DNA from: Raillietiella orientalis
Lineage: Eukaryota
Length of the DNA: 64,000 bases
Assembly: GCA_036172245.1 (NCBI GenBank)
Contig: JAYWIR010000071.1
Span: 1-64,000 of the forward strand
Direction of reading: 5' to 3'
Shown: positions 23,086-37,105 of the stretch, one piece after another
Numbering within the stretch: the first letter of the stretch is position 1
Layout: every line of letters starts with the position of its first letter
Notes under the pieces: generated by a model
Databases searched by the model: none
Seen by the model: only the letters and a program-made list of their open reading frames with translations
Told to the model about the DNA's origin: nothing
Made by a program: the position numbers and the translations under genes

Positions 23086-26000
23086 GTTCCCAGCGTGTCC
23101 CCTGCTCGAGTACCTTGTATTCAGATAGCCCGAGACTTGCGCGGATGGGTAGACATCCTCTGCTGTCAGAGAGCAAACCTAATCCAAACGATGGAATCGA
23201 GTAAAATAAAACGGACAGTAAGGAACCTCACTGCAATTCGCTCCAATGGAATGCAAACGCGGAACACGGGGCTCACGTGGATGGAAGATCACGCACGTTG
23301 CAACTGGCAGACGATGCCCTGGAAAGCGTGCAGTGCCAACCGTCGAGCAGAACGAACAGAACGTAGGGCTCCGCTTGCGGACAGCGCAGCGTCCACATGG
23401 CACATTCCGAATGAAGATCCGTCCACTTCCGCTGCAGTCCATTCGCACCGCACGCCCAAAGCAGTGCGCTCAACCGGGGAGGCTGCAGCGTCAACGCGCT
23501 CCACCGAATGCAATGAACATCCGCCTTCTGAGAATGTCCCTGAGATTCCGCCAAGGCGGATGTGCAATGAGGGACGGTTGCTTGGTTTCCGTGATTTCTT
23601 CATTCACACTTTGACAAGTGCATGTAGGTTCTCCTATCCAGTCCTCCTCTCACCTTGGGTCTGCAGCAATGCACTGAAGCAGTGCCCTTTTTTGCTCACT
23701 CGCAAAGCACCGACCGAGTCGGCCAGTCAGAAAACACGTTAGAATTTCGCCCTCATGAAGGATCCTTTCCAGTTTCTGCACCGATTGCTCACTATTTAGC
23801 TGCAATCGTGGATTTCACTGCAGAATTCATGAACGAAAGTGCCAGTTCAGTAAGCATTGGTAATCGAAGGGAATGCTAAGCAATTTCCGATCATTCACAA
23901 TGCCTTTCAGAAGGTTACCAGTTAGTCATGCCTCATTCATCGAGCGAATTGTAGGAAAAGCTCTCTATCCTAAACACAAATCTGGAAAAAGTAGAGCAAA
24001 CTTGTCATGCCATTCCACTATACTTCGCAGCTGCATTTCAGCTGATGCTTGTCAGACGCAATTGGAAGCATCCTTTCGCACTTTTCTGGCTTCCCATCAT
24101 ACCTACTTTGAATTCCTCCCATCTTTATGGCTGCACATTACATAAAGAGTCATTTTTTTTCCTGTACATTAGGATTAGGTGTGTTTGCAAAAAAAAAAAG
24201 ATATGCATGTTTACCCGTGCAAATTCTAATCTGGACACCTTTTTCCAAGCGCACCTTTTTGCTGCGGTGATGCACATAAGTTTATGGCCTATGAAGAGCA
24301 CAATTCAATGGTTCATGAAAGTAAGATCAAAGCGATCCGATCACAGGAAGTAACCAATTAGAAAAGCATCATGCCTTTTGGATAAATGCATACATTTAGC
24401 AAGCATCCATCTATACATTACGAAACCAACAAAATATTGCAAGAGTTGAACGAAAGAATTCTCAATTTTATGTGTTCAACCCAAATCGAACATCCGCACT
24501 CGTTTCCCTCAGGGTGTGTAACCTTTACGCAATTTCCACGTGCAAGAATAGAACCTGTACAACGGGATACGTACACACGAATATGCTTATTGTTTGCAGC
24601 TGACTCACAAATTGCACATGGAACGCCTCCATTACAATACATTATTTTGCAAGACACTTCCACTATAGGTTGTCATTTGGCGACAAGCAAACTCAAAGTC
24701 TGCATCCAAACCAACAAAATTTCAGCACTCGAAGTGTTTCCTTTCCAAATGAGGTTTGCGCTTGCATCAGCAGTATACACTCACTCTTACCATTTCCTGG
24801 TCCTGGCTTCGGATAACACAGCATCTGCTTATGCAATGAATTATCAAACTCCCGAATTCGCGCAGCAGACATCTACGATTATTTGCGTGCACTTCAGTAG
24901 TCATAGCTTATTTGAGGAGCTTCCCACTTGTTAAATGGTCGCAGGGCAAACGAATGCCTCTCCAGAATCCCTGATACGATTCTCAGTTTCTTCACTTTGC
25001 GTTGAGGAAAGATCACCAAATTTGAAAATACCCAAAGGCAATCTTTGTATAGCTGGGCTGAATTCACGACGGAAAGAAAGCTCTTTTCTGGTTTACACAA
25101 AGGACCGCAGATGCCAATTAGAAATTCAAAAAGGGTAGCTAAATACTCGAGTTGTCTGCTGTCTGATTAACCAAATTCTTCACAGCGGTTTCCGATGACT
25201 GTTTGCTTCCTTCTTGACTACAGCACTGCTGTGCAAACAAGTTCAAGGGATGTCGTGGTTCCAGCAGTGTATGTGTCGAGCATGGAGAACACAAGTGGTA
25301 ACACTGCTTCGAAATGAGGAATGCCGCATCCGCAATCCGAGATCTGAACGAAACACCTTTTCTTGTCGGCTGCCTATTTTAAATCGACCCCTGATCAAAA
25401 AACCATGACAATCACAGTGCTCACTGCCGGTCAGCTTTTCCATTCACAAGCATGGATGGGTACCACCATAGCTTGCGGAGAACCGCTCGATTCGAGATGC
25501 TTCAGCAAACTTCGAGACCACGTAAGACAGTTAAAAACGTGCTGTGACAGCATCAATACATTATCAACATCACCATACTTTGAGAACGTCCATCACCTAC
25601 CTGAACGGCACGCATCGCCGCCCTTTTTCCAAAAACCGAAAGCAACAAGCAGCAAGGAGTCATTCCCAACTTATGCTCCGTGATGACGTCAACGTGAGCC
25701 TCTCATACAAGCTGAATCTGTTTCACACCACAATTGTGGCTCGAGCGACACGTCCTTCATCATGAAAGTCCACAGAGGTCACTTTGAACTCTGACTGCTC
25801 TCAGAAACGGGAAAATGGAAGAATAGGCAAGGAAACGATACCACGTTCGGAGGCCTTTCTCCCTTTCAAAATTGATGAAAACTAAATAGAAGGATACTTT
25901 CGGTACTTTTCGACAATTTTTTCTCTGCCTTGGGCGTCCTGCAACCTGTCCGACCCGGATTGCTAAGTCTGGCTATTGCAAAAACCTGGACGAAGACGGT

Positions 26001-26249
26001 TCAGGAAAAAGTGTTCGGGAACTCTCGCACTGAGCTCTTCATTTCATCCCAGTCCGAGCACGTCCAATGTTGGAATTCTCGCTGAAGCGCGTGGAGATGC
26101 TCCGCTGCTGCTGAGAGGAGCAACCACTCCCCTGGCAGGCTCCACGTTTCAGAGGGTGGACTTCTTCTTCGCGGGTGTATGTCGAGCAGAAGGCGCGGGT
26201 GGTAGGTTGCGTGCTACTTTGTTGAATGCCGCTGAGATGAAATGATCGG

Positions 26250-27100
26250 CATGGATGTCGCGCTGGCGATTGCTGATATTTGGATGTGAGGAATTACGTA
26301 AGGGAGGATATCGGTTTTTGATGATGCTTCCCTTTGTGAGGATGCTGGGGTTTCTCCATTGGCGCGTCGCGATGGTATCTGTGGTGTGTGCCGAATGTTG
26401 GTGTGGTGCTGTCCGAACAGTCTTTGGGTAGGAACGGTGGGGATGTTGGTTGGATATCGTACTTTGTTGCTGATTTTGGACTTTTTCGTGATTGCGGACT
26501 CGGCATGGTTGTGGAAGATGTGCCATGCTGGTTGCAAATAGGATTCTTGGCTGAATGCCGGCTCGGGTGATGGTGTTGGTAAGAAGGGTTGAGGTGCAGT
26601 CATGGTTTTGCCGGTTTTTCAGTTGTCCGCGGATGAGCGAAAAAAAAAGTGGTGATGGGATTTGGTGTGAGGATGAGGACTCTGGCGGATAGGTGAGATA
26701 CATGTGGATGAGAAAATGAGGTAGAATGCTTTCCTGGATGTTGCCAATGTGCTGGGGAAGAAAGATTCTCTTACTGTTTGTCTCGTTTGATCTGGGATTT
26801 GATCGCTTGGCCGCGAATCTACGAAGAATGTTGTGCGCTTCGAGTTGAACGAGACGATGCTTGTCGTATGGTGACTCTCGGAGTGCCTGCGATTGCCAGG
26901 TGGCAATTAAGGAAGGAAGGTGATGCATTCGTGATGGATTTTGGCAAAGTGATTGGGAAGGAAGGAATTCAAGTACGTTCAAGAGATAGGGAGGCCATTT
27001 GATCAGTTTGCGCATACCCACGATTCTTCTTTGTGGTCCCATTCGTTCTTTAGTCAGCAGCATTTGTCAGTGCTGAAAGAAGTATGCAGAGTGAGTGTGA
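26250..27100 (-). pseudogene. cob: Highly degraded cob fragment
   Basis: G+T-rich. Reverse complement aacaccatcacc..cattcagccaagaatcctatttgc resembles 21757-21800 of the main insertion. Confidence 0.5.
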
Positions 27101-27579
27101 ACACGAGGATCAGGTCGAGAGAAAAGACTGGATGGGTTGAATACAGGGAGTCCGGGACGCAATAGAAGTGAGTAGATGGCAATCCTTTGTGGATGAAAAA
27201 GAGTGATCGAGTCATTATCTCAAGCAGCAGAGTTTGCGAGTTTCTTTCGTCCAATGAAGCTGGGCACGGCCTACTAATTCTGCGACGATGAATAAAATTT
27301 GGTTTGCCAAATACATGCGTCACTGATGGAACCCTAATTTAGTGGGAATGCGAACGAGTTCTTTTTCGGGGTTTTGGTGCAGAACACCGTTGGCAGTGAC
27401 CGAGCATAGCAGTAGGCATCGTGCCTCGGACTTGAGGATGGTGGAACAGAATAAATGAATGGTTCCACTTCGAAGGAATTGCATTCATCCTTTTGGCACT
27501 GTTTTCATGGGTTCTGTGAAGTTCCTCCGAAAGGACTGCTGCTGATTTTTCACCCGGGTAAGCCGGTGCATTAATTATT

Positions 27580-29085
27580 AAAAAACTTGTACAATTATTA
27601 TTTCCTGTCGTCTGTATTTGTGTTCCACATTGTTCTTATTGCATTATGCACTTGTCCTTTGCGTCCCTTATGCCGGTAAGGTTCTCTCCACTTGCTAAGG
27701 GGACGGAAAAGAGAGGAAAAACAAAACAAAACAAAAAAAGAAAAACGCTTGGGGGACAATGTTTATGGGGAGGGGAGGGAAGAGAAGGGTTCACGGTACG
27801 CCTTAGGGAGGCCTCTGCATCTAGTTCTGGATGCAAACAAGTGCTGGCAGAATTTTACTTAGCAGGCACCGATGGGAAACCTTCTCCATGGTGATCAGCG
27901 CCCAGTGGATGGCATTCCGACTGCTGTGGCCTCTTATCGATGCGTTCCACTTGTCCAGTATTCCGCGTATGCAGCAGAGAACTGCGGCACACGCGACACC
28001 TGGCAGGGAGTTCCGCATCAGGAGGTGACGAAAAATGTTTTTAGGGTCGCCCACCGTTACGTTTATGGCCGACGAGAGTCGATCCCACGTTCGGCGGAGG
28101 GCAACACATTCGATGAGTAAGTGGGGGAAGGACTCCCTTTCCCCACACTGTGTACAATGGGCATCCAGTCTCCCCAATGTCCAGTGAGACAGGCGTGCTC
28201 TGCTCAAAAGTCCCCAATGGAGCACAAGCAGCGCCGTCTGCTGCCAATCGAAAGGGAGTGTGCCACTGTCCCAATACGCCGGGGGCCACTTCACCTCCTC
28301 CGGACGGATCGCCGAGCAGCTCGCCCGAACGCACAATTCCTTTTGGCGGGACACTCGGGGTTGTAACGTCCGCTAGTTCCCGTTACGTCCACGCCTTCAT
28401 CAGTTTTTTCCTGCCTCCGATGAGGTAGGACACTTCCCACGATGCCTCCTCTTGGCTGTCCCTGGCATATCTGAGGGAGGGCAGCACGGGGGCAAGGGAG
28501 GTGAATGAAGCCCACAAAAGCTTTTCTGGGTTGGAAACGATCTCCCGCAGGGGCTGGCCAGCGTTTCTGCCTCGACGGAAGCAGGAGAACTCCAGATCTC
28601 TGGAGCCGTTGATTTTTGCCCACGCGGAAACGGTCTCCTGGAGCCAAGTAGTCCAGTTTGCAGGGCTGTAGGAGATCCAAGGGTTGTTCCTAACCAGGGA
28701 CACCAAGTCTCGTGGCTGAAACCCACAATGGTTCAGTCGACCGTCGTTGGCTACTACGATTGAGGTCAATTTGTTGCAGCCGGTTGCCCTGTGGGTGAGG
28801 AGTCGTGTGGGCGTACACCATGGTGCTGCCAAATATTTTGCCACAAGGGCAAGTTTCCTAATTTGGAACTGACGCTCCATGCTCTCCAACGTCCGCAGAA
28901 CAAGTCCACCGTCGCTGCGTGGAGCGCACAAGTCCTTCAGTCGGACGTGGGACCTCCGGTTACTCCAAAGGGCTTTCCTGATAAGGCTCCTTGTCCGTGT
29001 CCTAATTTTGGAAGGGTCGGTGCACACAAGAAGTAGAGGGTGAAGGAGAGGAGCCGCAAAGGCATTCCACACGGCGGCCCTTCCT
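27580..29085 (-). mobile_element. 5'-truncated Tx1/L1-like LINE (post-RT region, zf-RVT, 3' UTR)
   Basis: LW..RRSHVRLKDLCAPRSDGGLVL and zinc finger CTQCGERESFPHLLIEC. Stop plus frameshift at ~28350-28385. T-rich 3' UTR. Confidence 0.9.
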
Positions 29086-30234
29086 TGCGGTGTAGAATCC
29101 CGTCATCGCAACTCTTCCATTCATTTTCTTCAGCAGGCAACCGATTAGGAAGACACCGTCAACGACAGGAGCATCGGGCATTCTGGTATGATCGCAGTCT
29201 GCGTAAATGGTCAGTTTACGTGCAAGCGGGAATATCCTTCTCCATCTCCTTCGAACACAGTTTCTTCATAATGATACACATACACGTCTCGCACTGCAGT
29301 GCTTTCGCGCCCCTTTCGGGATAACTTTGGGCTTTTAACCGAGGCTCGTTTCCAATTTCTTTCATTCACGTTCTCAATTCCTAGGTGACGTGCCTTTGCC
29401 CTCAGAACGCGACCGTTGACCGCATTCGGCGCAGCTACGGCCACCGTCGCGTGGAACGCTGCGTCCTGCTGCTGCAGGCGTGTTTACAGGCCCAACCATA
29501 TGGTATGAGGCTTTGGCTGGCTCATCTCTTTCGCAGCACTGGGCTGTCCCACTCTGCGAGTGCGTCTGATGAAGCCCTCTGCATTGAACAGGCACTCCCC
29601 ATTCTTTAGTACATGGAAGAGTAGAGGACGTAAAGTTCACCGACTTTTCCTGACGAAAACACTAGAAGAACCGCCATGAGATACACTTTAGTAGTTTGCC
29701 AGTCTCAACCTAAATACTACGCTTCTCAGCAATGAGGTTTGTGGCCATTGCAGCGGTCAGCCTTTGTGCAACGACCGAGCAACACTCTGGAGCACTCGGG
29801 CGTGATCAGCATCTCGAAACCAAGGTACAGAGACCACATCCTACGAAAGGATGCTTCACAATACGAAATCCGAAATGCCTTCTTTTTCTGAAGCCTGCGT
29901 GACGAAGTCATGGCGAGGCTTATGCTTACTGCACGAAATTCACAGTAGGAATCCTCGTCTATGAATTCCATCGTACACTCAAAATAGTAGACCGCGTACA
30001 CAACCCATTTCTTCATTCCCACCTCGTTTATAATTGGAGCCACCGTTCGGATGTTGGCTAAATGATGAACAGTACAGTCAATTACGTCCACTGCGGCATA
30101 CATTCCGGGTGTCGCTGTAGAACCAGTCAGATGCAGCATCTCGTGCTGAATACGTGGATCACATACACACATAACGTCCTGTTCTTTAATTTACAAAACA
30201 CAGGTGATCAGTTTCTTTGCTGCCTAGTAAGCTG

Positions 30235-31580
30235 ATTCCACACTCCTTCGGAATCACCATTTTTCATACTCCCAAAATCTTCCTCCTCTCCGGGATTTGT
30301 CGCAGCAACATATCCAACTTTACATACTCAAACATACTCGAAATTGCAGTTGGTTTCCGCAATCCAAGCAACGTACTCACCGTGCGCTTATGCAAATCGG
30401 TATCATACACAAAGCAACCAACCTAATAAACTTCACAGCTGACAAGCCACAACTCTTGACTAACAGTATCAGCACCCTCCGTAAAAGCCAAATCCCTACA
30501 CCTAATACGCGCACCACAACACAACACCTTACCAATCCAAGAGGAAGCACGTCCCAAATTACCAATTGAATTTCCCATACGATGATCATCACGACAATGC
30601 AATACACCACGTCTACGGCGAAGTTCACGTAAAGAAACATTTCTGAGAACAGCAAAAGCACTTGGATAGTGGGCAGGGTAACCCTGACCTCGGCACTTTC
30701 GAAACCGTAGAAAACCAAACACACACACACCAAAGAGTCGCAACATGCCATAGGCAAAGAGCACGCAGCGGTGCTTCACCTCAAACAGATGGATAACCGC
30801 GGAGGAAACACAGGAAAGGTCACTTCGAAAAGCAAAACACGCAATCCTCGGTAAAGAGGCAAGCTGAACACCAACCGCTCACCTCCAGGGATGCCTACAA
30901 ACAGCAATACCCTCCACGATACGTCTCCTAAAACCAATCCAACGTTTGTCAAGAGCTCCCGTGCAAACCTCCAAACGCAGTGCTCAACGCAAAAAGACCA
31001 ACAGCCATGCGAAAGGAGCCCACAGACGTACGAAAATCCTCCCACTATACAAGATCAAGTACATCGATTACAAACACAAAGGAACACAATGCATTTCAGA
31101 TCTTCGCATACAGAAAAGAGGGAAAAAACAGAAAAAGGGTTTTGCGAAAACGAACCACCACCGCCGTTCGATAAACAGAATGGCTTCAACATCGACAGCA
31201 ACAGACTCGGACAATCCTTGGTACACCGACTACCAAGGTAACTGGGGAAAAACCACAGAAGCTAAACATATCAAATGCTAGGCACTGCACGTAACCAATC
31301 GCAAATAGAGCGGCGCCAACCACATGGGGAAAGGAGACAAAATCATCGTGCTGGACCTCACATGACCACAGCAACTACGGCATTATGCAAATCCGGAAAA
31401 TCGGAACGCTGGGCTCCATCAAAATGTCAACGTCACCTTAAATTATACGATCCACCTCGCTTCATCATCTCCCTCAACAAGGACCCCAACTACGAGAAAA
31501 TCACAGCCCACCGCTGCATGATCACTTATTCCACTGAACACCTATTGGAACCAATGCCACCGAACAAAGGCACTTCCAGC
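30235..31580 (-). pseudogene. Highly degraded mitochondrial nad1 5'-rrnL-rrnS segment
   Basis: A+C-rich. E.RKILG (nad1 N-terminus) at ~30270-30290, agtgggcagg (16S-like) at ~30668 and ggtacaccgactac (12S 3'-end-like) at ~31220. Confidence 0.5.
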
Positions 31581-32258
31581 GCTAAAGCGCTAAGCATTTA
31601 TGCGTCCCACCAAAACCATGCTGCCGAATTCTTCGCTTCCTTGTCCATGAGAATCTAGAAACCAATTGTCCATTCCGTCTTTCTAAACAAGATGCCGGTG
31701 AGGCTGCGCCTTGTTCATGAAGCAATGTTCTGTTGCACCTTCTGACTTTGAGGTAGCACAACTGTTTCAACATGCCCCTGTCATCCACACCATCCAGTTC
31801 ATTCTTCCTTTTTGCAACGCGGAAAGAAGGCCACATTCCACTCGTGCACGGCACACATCGGATACACACGCCTGAACTGCCTTCACAAGACACGTGGATG
31901 CCCAAGGCAACACGAAAAAATGCAGGTTGTCATCAATCTAGGACTGCAGCAAGTGAGTTTCTCATCTCAACAGCAGTACTCCTGCAACACCATGCAGTCA
32001 ACTATTAGGGAGGCTTTCGACGAGGAGATTGTGAGCACCAAGCATGCTGATGTTTCCATTGACAAGACACCATGCTGTTTTCCAAAGTTTCCTAAGAAGC
32101 TGACACACTTCAATTCTTGCCAAAACACTTTTTTTTGTATGTTTCATCATGCATACGTAGCGTTTGATCCACACTAAACATGAAATGCTACCCATTTGAG
32201 TTGTATCTTACTCATCAATAAAAAACTTCGTACACCAACATTGTTCGAAAGAATTTAT

Positions 32259-33712
32259 TCATGTTCCAGCATTCAGTGAACACAGCTTTTCATTGACCAA
32301 CACTGGAGTGCTACACACCCGAGCAGCATAAATTACCATCAGCAAATGCTGATCAAAATAAGATGAAGACCATTGATAGTTAGTTTCCTCACCTTGACAT
32401 TGGTGTTGGAACATCTCCTCAAATTCTTCAGGATTCATTTAGCCATCTGCAGTAGCATCTGCTTAAGTGACTTGTTCCACGTAACTGAGCACTGTGTCTA
32501 GCATGATTTCCTGTGACCTCTGCAATCTGGGTCAGCTCTGACTGGGAGTTAGTTGCCCTTTCAGAAGAGCGTTTGGTTTTCTGTGCTATTGGAACTGTGC
32601 AAAAAGGAAACAGAGACAAATCAATGCTTGTGAGCATGGACTTGAACCCAATTCGTTATTTTTCCCATATAATATAACTCCTTGATTCTGAAACCAAAAT
32701 TATCCACACATAAACAACACTAATGAATATTCAATGATAAATACAATAGTCATTTCACGGACGCAAAATTAAAGGGAAAGCTACATTAACTGATCTTTTT
32801 GAATGTGCTATCAGACCTGACCCACTGAAACTAATGCAAAAAACATATCGCTTCAACAACCGAAATTATATTGAGAGTACCAACAAAATTTAGAAACTGC
32901 ATTCCATTTTCGACTATCATTTATTTCTTCACTCTTTCTTTGCTAGGAGTTTCATGTCAATTTCGCATTCTCTCTGCAACTCCAACACAAGAAGATAACA
33001 CATAACCATACACACAACAGAAAATAACAACAGATTTCCCACATACATGCACAGCAACACCTACAGTGGAAGACAAATTGAAAGCAAATTTCAAAGAAAA
33101 CACCATGAAACTGTGTAACAGTTTCACAACTTCAGTTTAATAACTGCGAATTCTGAGTATTCACTTCATTACCAATCAATCTCATGAATCATCATTTTGC
33201 ATCTATCCAGTTAAAATACAAGAAAGTAACTCCTACTAACTCTGCTTCCAAAGTTCTTCTTCAAACAGCAATTAGTTTAAACATTAGGACTTGTGAACAA
33301 TTGCGACCACCCATTGGAACACTAATGAAATTGAGATACAGCTAATTAAGATTCTCGAGATCTCCAATCACCTTACCCAATCTATGCCTATATGCTCACT
33401 CGCTTATTCTGCAAAAAGGTGTCCACAGTTCAATGGATAGACTGATTACATTCTCTTGAAAAGTAATCAGCCATCAACATTGAATGTTCACTCACATAAG
33501 CATTTGTGGCATATCAACCAACAATTCCTTCTGATGGGTTGACTTTATGATACACATCAAACATTCCTTTTGTAAAGTCAATTCCCATGACAACCTCAGC
33601 ATCACCTCTATTCACACTTCCTCCATAAATCAATTCAATACCTCTTCTCCTGCTCCATTGTGAGGAACACAGATACAATCGGTAACTTGGGCCCATCCTT
33701 TGCCCACAGTTC
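32259..33712 (-). pseudogene. eIF3f: Intron-containing eIF3 subunit F pseudogene (first exon possibly ~34040-34130)
   Basis: GTVGKGWAQVTDCICVPHN..EE|V..GIDFTKGMFDVYHKVNPSEGIVG*YAT..VSEHSMLMADYFSREC..IH*TVDT.LQN|VPMG..|..IMLDTVLSYVE..PEEFEEMF|LLMVIY...NEKL. Multiple stops. AATAAA overlaps the stop codon. Confidence 0.9.
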
Positions 33713-35299
33713 CTAGAAAGAAAATTTTCAACAAAACTAAGTTCTGCAACAAAATGAAGTAAGTACATTTAAGATTGATGAATACGATTCCTTGAAAATA
33801 CTCCCAGTATACACTATAACAGACATTTCGGTTTTCTATCACAAAACCATACTTACAGGTATCTACATGAAAACGAACGAACCTAAACATCCCAAAACAC
33901 AACCCTCTATCGAAACAATCCGCGTATAAGTACCTGATAACCAAATGAAACTTGATTTGAAACTTTGTTTGATTACAATTGCTGATAGTCTCATACGCGG
34001 TTGCTGCAACAGTCATACAACCCAAAAAAATGCAGAAATACCTTATCATCTCCATTCACAGATCTTCATAGAACTTTGGATTCCGCTCACATTCACCGTT
34101 GTTTGTTAAGATACATAGAAAATTTCGCACCACAAGTAAATAACACGCAACAAGTTTAGGTCACGGCTTTCGATTCCATTCCAATGAAAACCACAAGAGG
34201 TCATGCTGAACACTCCCACTTCTGTATGCCAATCAGTTTTCACTGCAACATACTAAAAACAGAATCGAACTTTTTCCTTATTTCGAAGTCAAATACTGCA
34301 AATGGGAGGGGGAAGAGAGAAATTCAAATCCGAAACACCACTCACCTCTACAGCTGCCAGGCATGCTCTCAGCAAAATGCCTCCCAACCGAATGCTTCCA
34401 GAGTGCGAAAGCTCTCGTCCGAAAGGGATGCACGTTACCAAACTCCTTCCGTGCCCTGACGAACACGTCACCACTCGGACACTCCGTCCGCATTCGCAGG
34501 GAGCCGCATCTGCAACGAGTCACCCTCATGGGAGCCTTCAGAAAGCCAACAAACCCGCAAGGTGCACATCTCAGCCATCAACCTTGGTTGGAGGTTTTCC
34601 TTTTTCATGCCATCTGCCTATGCAGCCCGCACAACCTGGCACCCCTGGTCGAGGACTTTCACGTCGCAGCCAGCCAGACGTCGCAATCCTGGGGAGCGCC
34701 ATCGCGCCACCGCCTTCGCCCAGGTCCACGCAATGCAGCTGCTCGTTTCCAGGCACCAAGCATCCTCCTGACGGACAGTCCGCATCGCCAGACGCCAGGC
34801 GGAGGCCATCCAAGCGGAACACCTGTAGCCGTTTTGGCATCCAAGAAGCCACGCTCCTTGAAAATTCCAGCAGCCTTCAATCCTCTGCATCCCTGCATCA
34901 GTGGCATTCCACCTTGAATGGCGACCCGTCCAGGCGACAAGCACGAGGAACGACTCACCACACCAACTTCCAGCAGGCTTCTGCCACAAGTTTTTCGCAC
35001 CAAATATGCAATGTTCAGGCCACTCTTTTCAACAAGGAAGCTTTGGAATGCTTTTCACAAAATAGACGGGGCCGTGGCGGAATCTATTATTGAGGATAAA
35101 AGCTTTTCGTTTTCCTAGAAACATGAGTTATTGCATCAACTCGAATTTGGGTTGGGGGGATCGGCGATTGGGACTTTTCCACGTCGCGTGGCATTCAAGG
35201 AACTGAGAAGTGTATTGATAACCAGAGGCGGTTTGGGAGATGTGCATCAAGGAATGCACAGCAGTAGACCAATTTCCAATCGCCCTTGTTTATTCCGTC

Positions 35300-35800
35300 T
35301 ACGTCATCTTCTTCGATACTTTCATTTGATTGTTTCTTCTCTTATTGTAAGACAAAAGCTGTTTGTGACTTCCCAAGTGATTGTTTCTTCGGGCTTGCAT
35401 TTCAGGGGAAGATCCGATCTTCAGGGAAGAATGGTGTTCAGGATGGGTGCTGCTTCGGTGGATGCTATGGTATGGTCGAGGAAGGGTGTAGAGCAATTGA
35501 GTTGTGAGCGAACCCACAATGGCGCGTGCAAGAAAAGTGTCAGAAGAAGAAAGCGAGTGAAACTTTATCCGTGGTAATGAATCGAAGATTGGCAATCCGG
35601 GTGCAGTGATTTCTTTTCGGAAGCACAGTTGGACATGCATCTCCTGCAAGAATCTATTTCCAGTTGTGGGTACCCTAAGGATTAAGAGTTGTCTGTGTTT
35701 ATTGTGCACAAACCAGGTTTGGCAAACGGTTGTTCAAGGTGCTTATTGAGAAGGAAGGATGGATCATGGGTATGCATTGGTGAAAACGAAGTGGTTGATG
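35300..35800 (-). pseudogene. nad3: Highly degraded nad3-region fragment
   Basis: ggatgctatgg..gaggaagggtgta and atcgaagattgg...ggaagcacagttggacatgcat resemble the reverse complement of 16790-16935. Confidence 0.4.
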
Positions 35801-36659
35801 GGTTCCAGTTGTCGCATTGGGCGATTCCATGCAACCGGGCGAACGAGAGGACGGAGGCAGACTGTGGCAGGTGAGGACAACGGGAAATCTTCCTGCTGCG
35901 GTTCTTGCGTTGCGTTGCCCTCGTGGGCGTCCAGGAACGCTTCGCTGCGTCTGTCTCACTGTCGATGGACAGCGGAACGGTGGTTTCGAGGTGCCTCTTC
36001 GCTCGCGAGTCCATGATGCCAGCAACTCCGCCTGCAGCCCTTTGCTGCCTTTCGTGGGATCTAGGCTGAGAGAAGTCACGCCGAAAGCGGCCAGTCGTCG
36101 GGGGTCATCCCAATCTTCTGCTCCTCGGTGAGGAAAGCGACCGGACGGCCGAATTTCTCTGGACAAAAGGAGGGAGCTGCCCACATCCAGAAAGAAGCCT
36201 GTGATCCCTTCCCCTCTCCTCCAACCAACCCACGTTTTGAGACTGTACTTTTCTGTGTGTGTGTGTGTGTTTTTTTTTTTGCTTCCCCTTTTCCCCACTT
36301 TTCCTGTGCGCATCTCATCGGAGAAGGTGCCAACGCGCAGCGGCGCTTCCGAGGCATTTTCCTACTCGGTGGTGATTTGGAACGATTACGAAGACCTTTG
36401 TATGTTTCGTGTGACACCTTTTTTGTTGTAATTGTTTCGTGCAATAAACGCCCCCGTGAGTGGACTTAAAGGACTGATGCCAAAAATGAGTGCATCGTGG
36501 ATTTTCAGTGGTCTGTCAGGTCTGTGATCGACTTCGGGTGCGACACTCTTGTGCGCGTTGAAAACCGAGTACCTCCTTTGGCAGGATGCAATCGGGAATG
36601 GACCCCCCGATTCCTTCCAGGATCCACCTTCGGATTCCCTCCTTGGATCAAGAGAGAAG

Positions 36660-37105
36660 GATTTTTTTGTGCGGTAATAGTGATAAGATAGATGCGGAGG
36701 TAGTTTGTGCAGTGGTACAGCAGCTAAGATGAAAATGCAAGGACTCCTTTTAACTTATTTGCCACTGATCGTAGACTGGTGTTTGCGAAAACATTGGTTG
36801 CATATTTGTGTGGTCTACAAGAGAATTCGAGACGAAGAAATTTTCTTCGAATGTGAATATATATAGGGGGAATAGGTTGATGTGAAGAAAAGAAGGGAAA
36901 TGAATGGTGAAATGGTGGAAGACTTGGAAAATCTTCAATGATAAAGAATGGTTGGAAAGGAAGTATGTTTGATGTTCTTCTGGTGCTTAAAGAGTTTGTG
37001 GAAATATTTTCGTGCGATGTTGAGATGATTACTATGGAAAAGGGTAAGATGAAGTGAAGAGAGAAAAGTCGATTGAGAGTGGGATTGGAAACGAGGAATT
37101 TTTTT
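36660..37105 (-). pseudogene. cob: cob fragment, intermediate divergence
   Basis: VSNPTLNRLFSLHFILPFSIVIIS..ILPFQPFFIIEDF.SLPP..LRSVANKLKGVLA, with internal deletions relative to 21472-21900. Confidence 0.9.

Noticed and set aside
34302..35093. Possible decayed retroelement RNase H in long GC-rich ORFs
   Set aside because: Similarity is limited to SWGA and LTDS; no RT or integrase motif was found.
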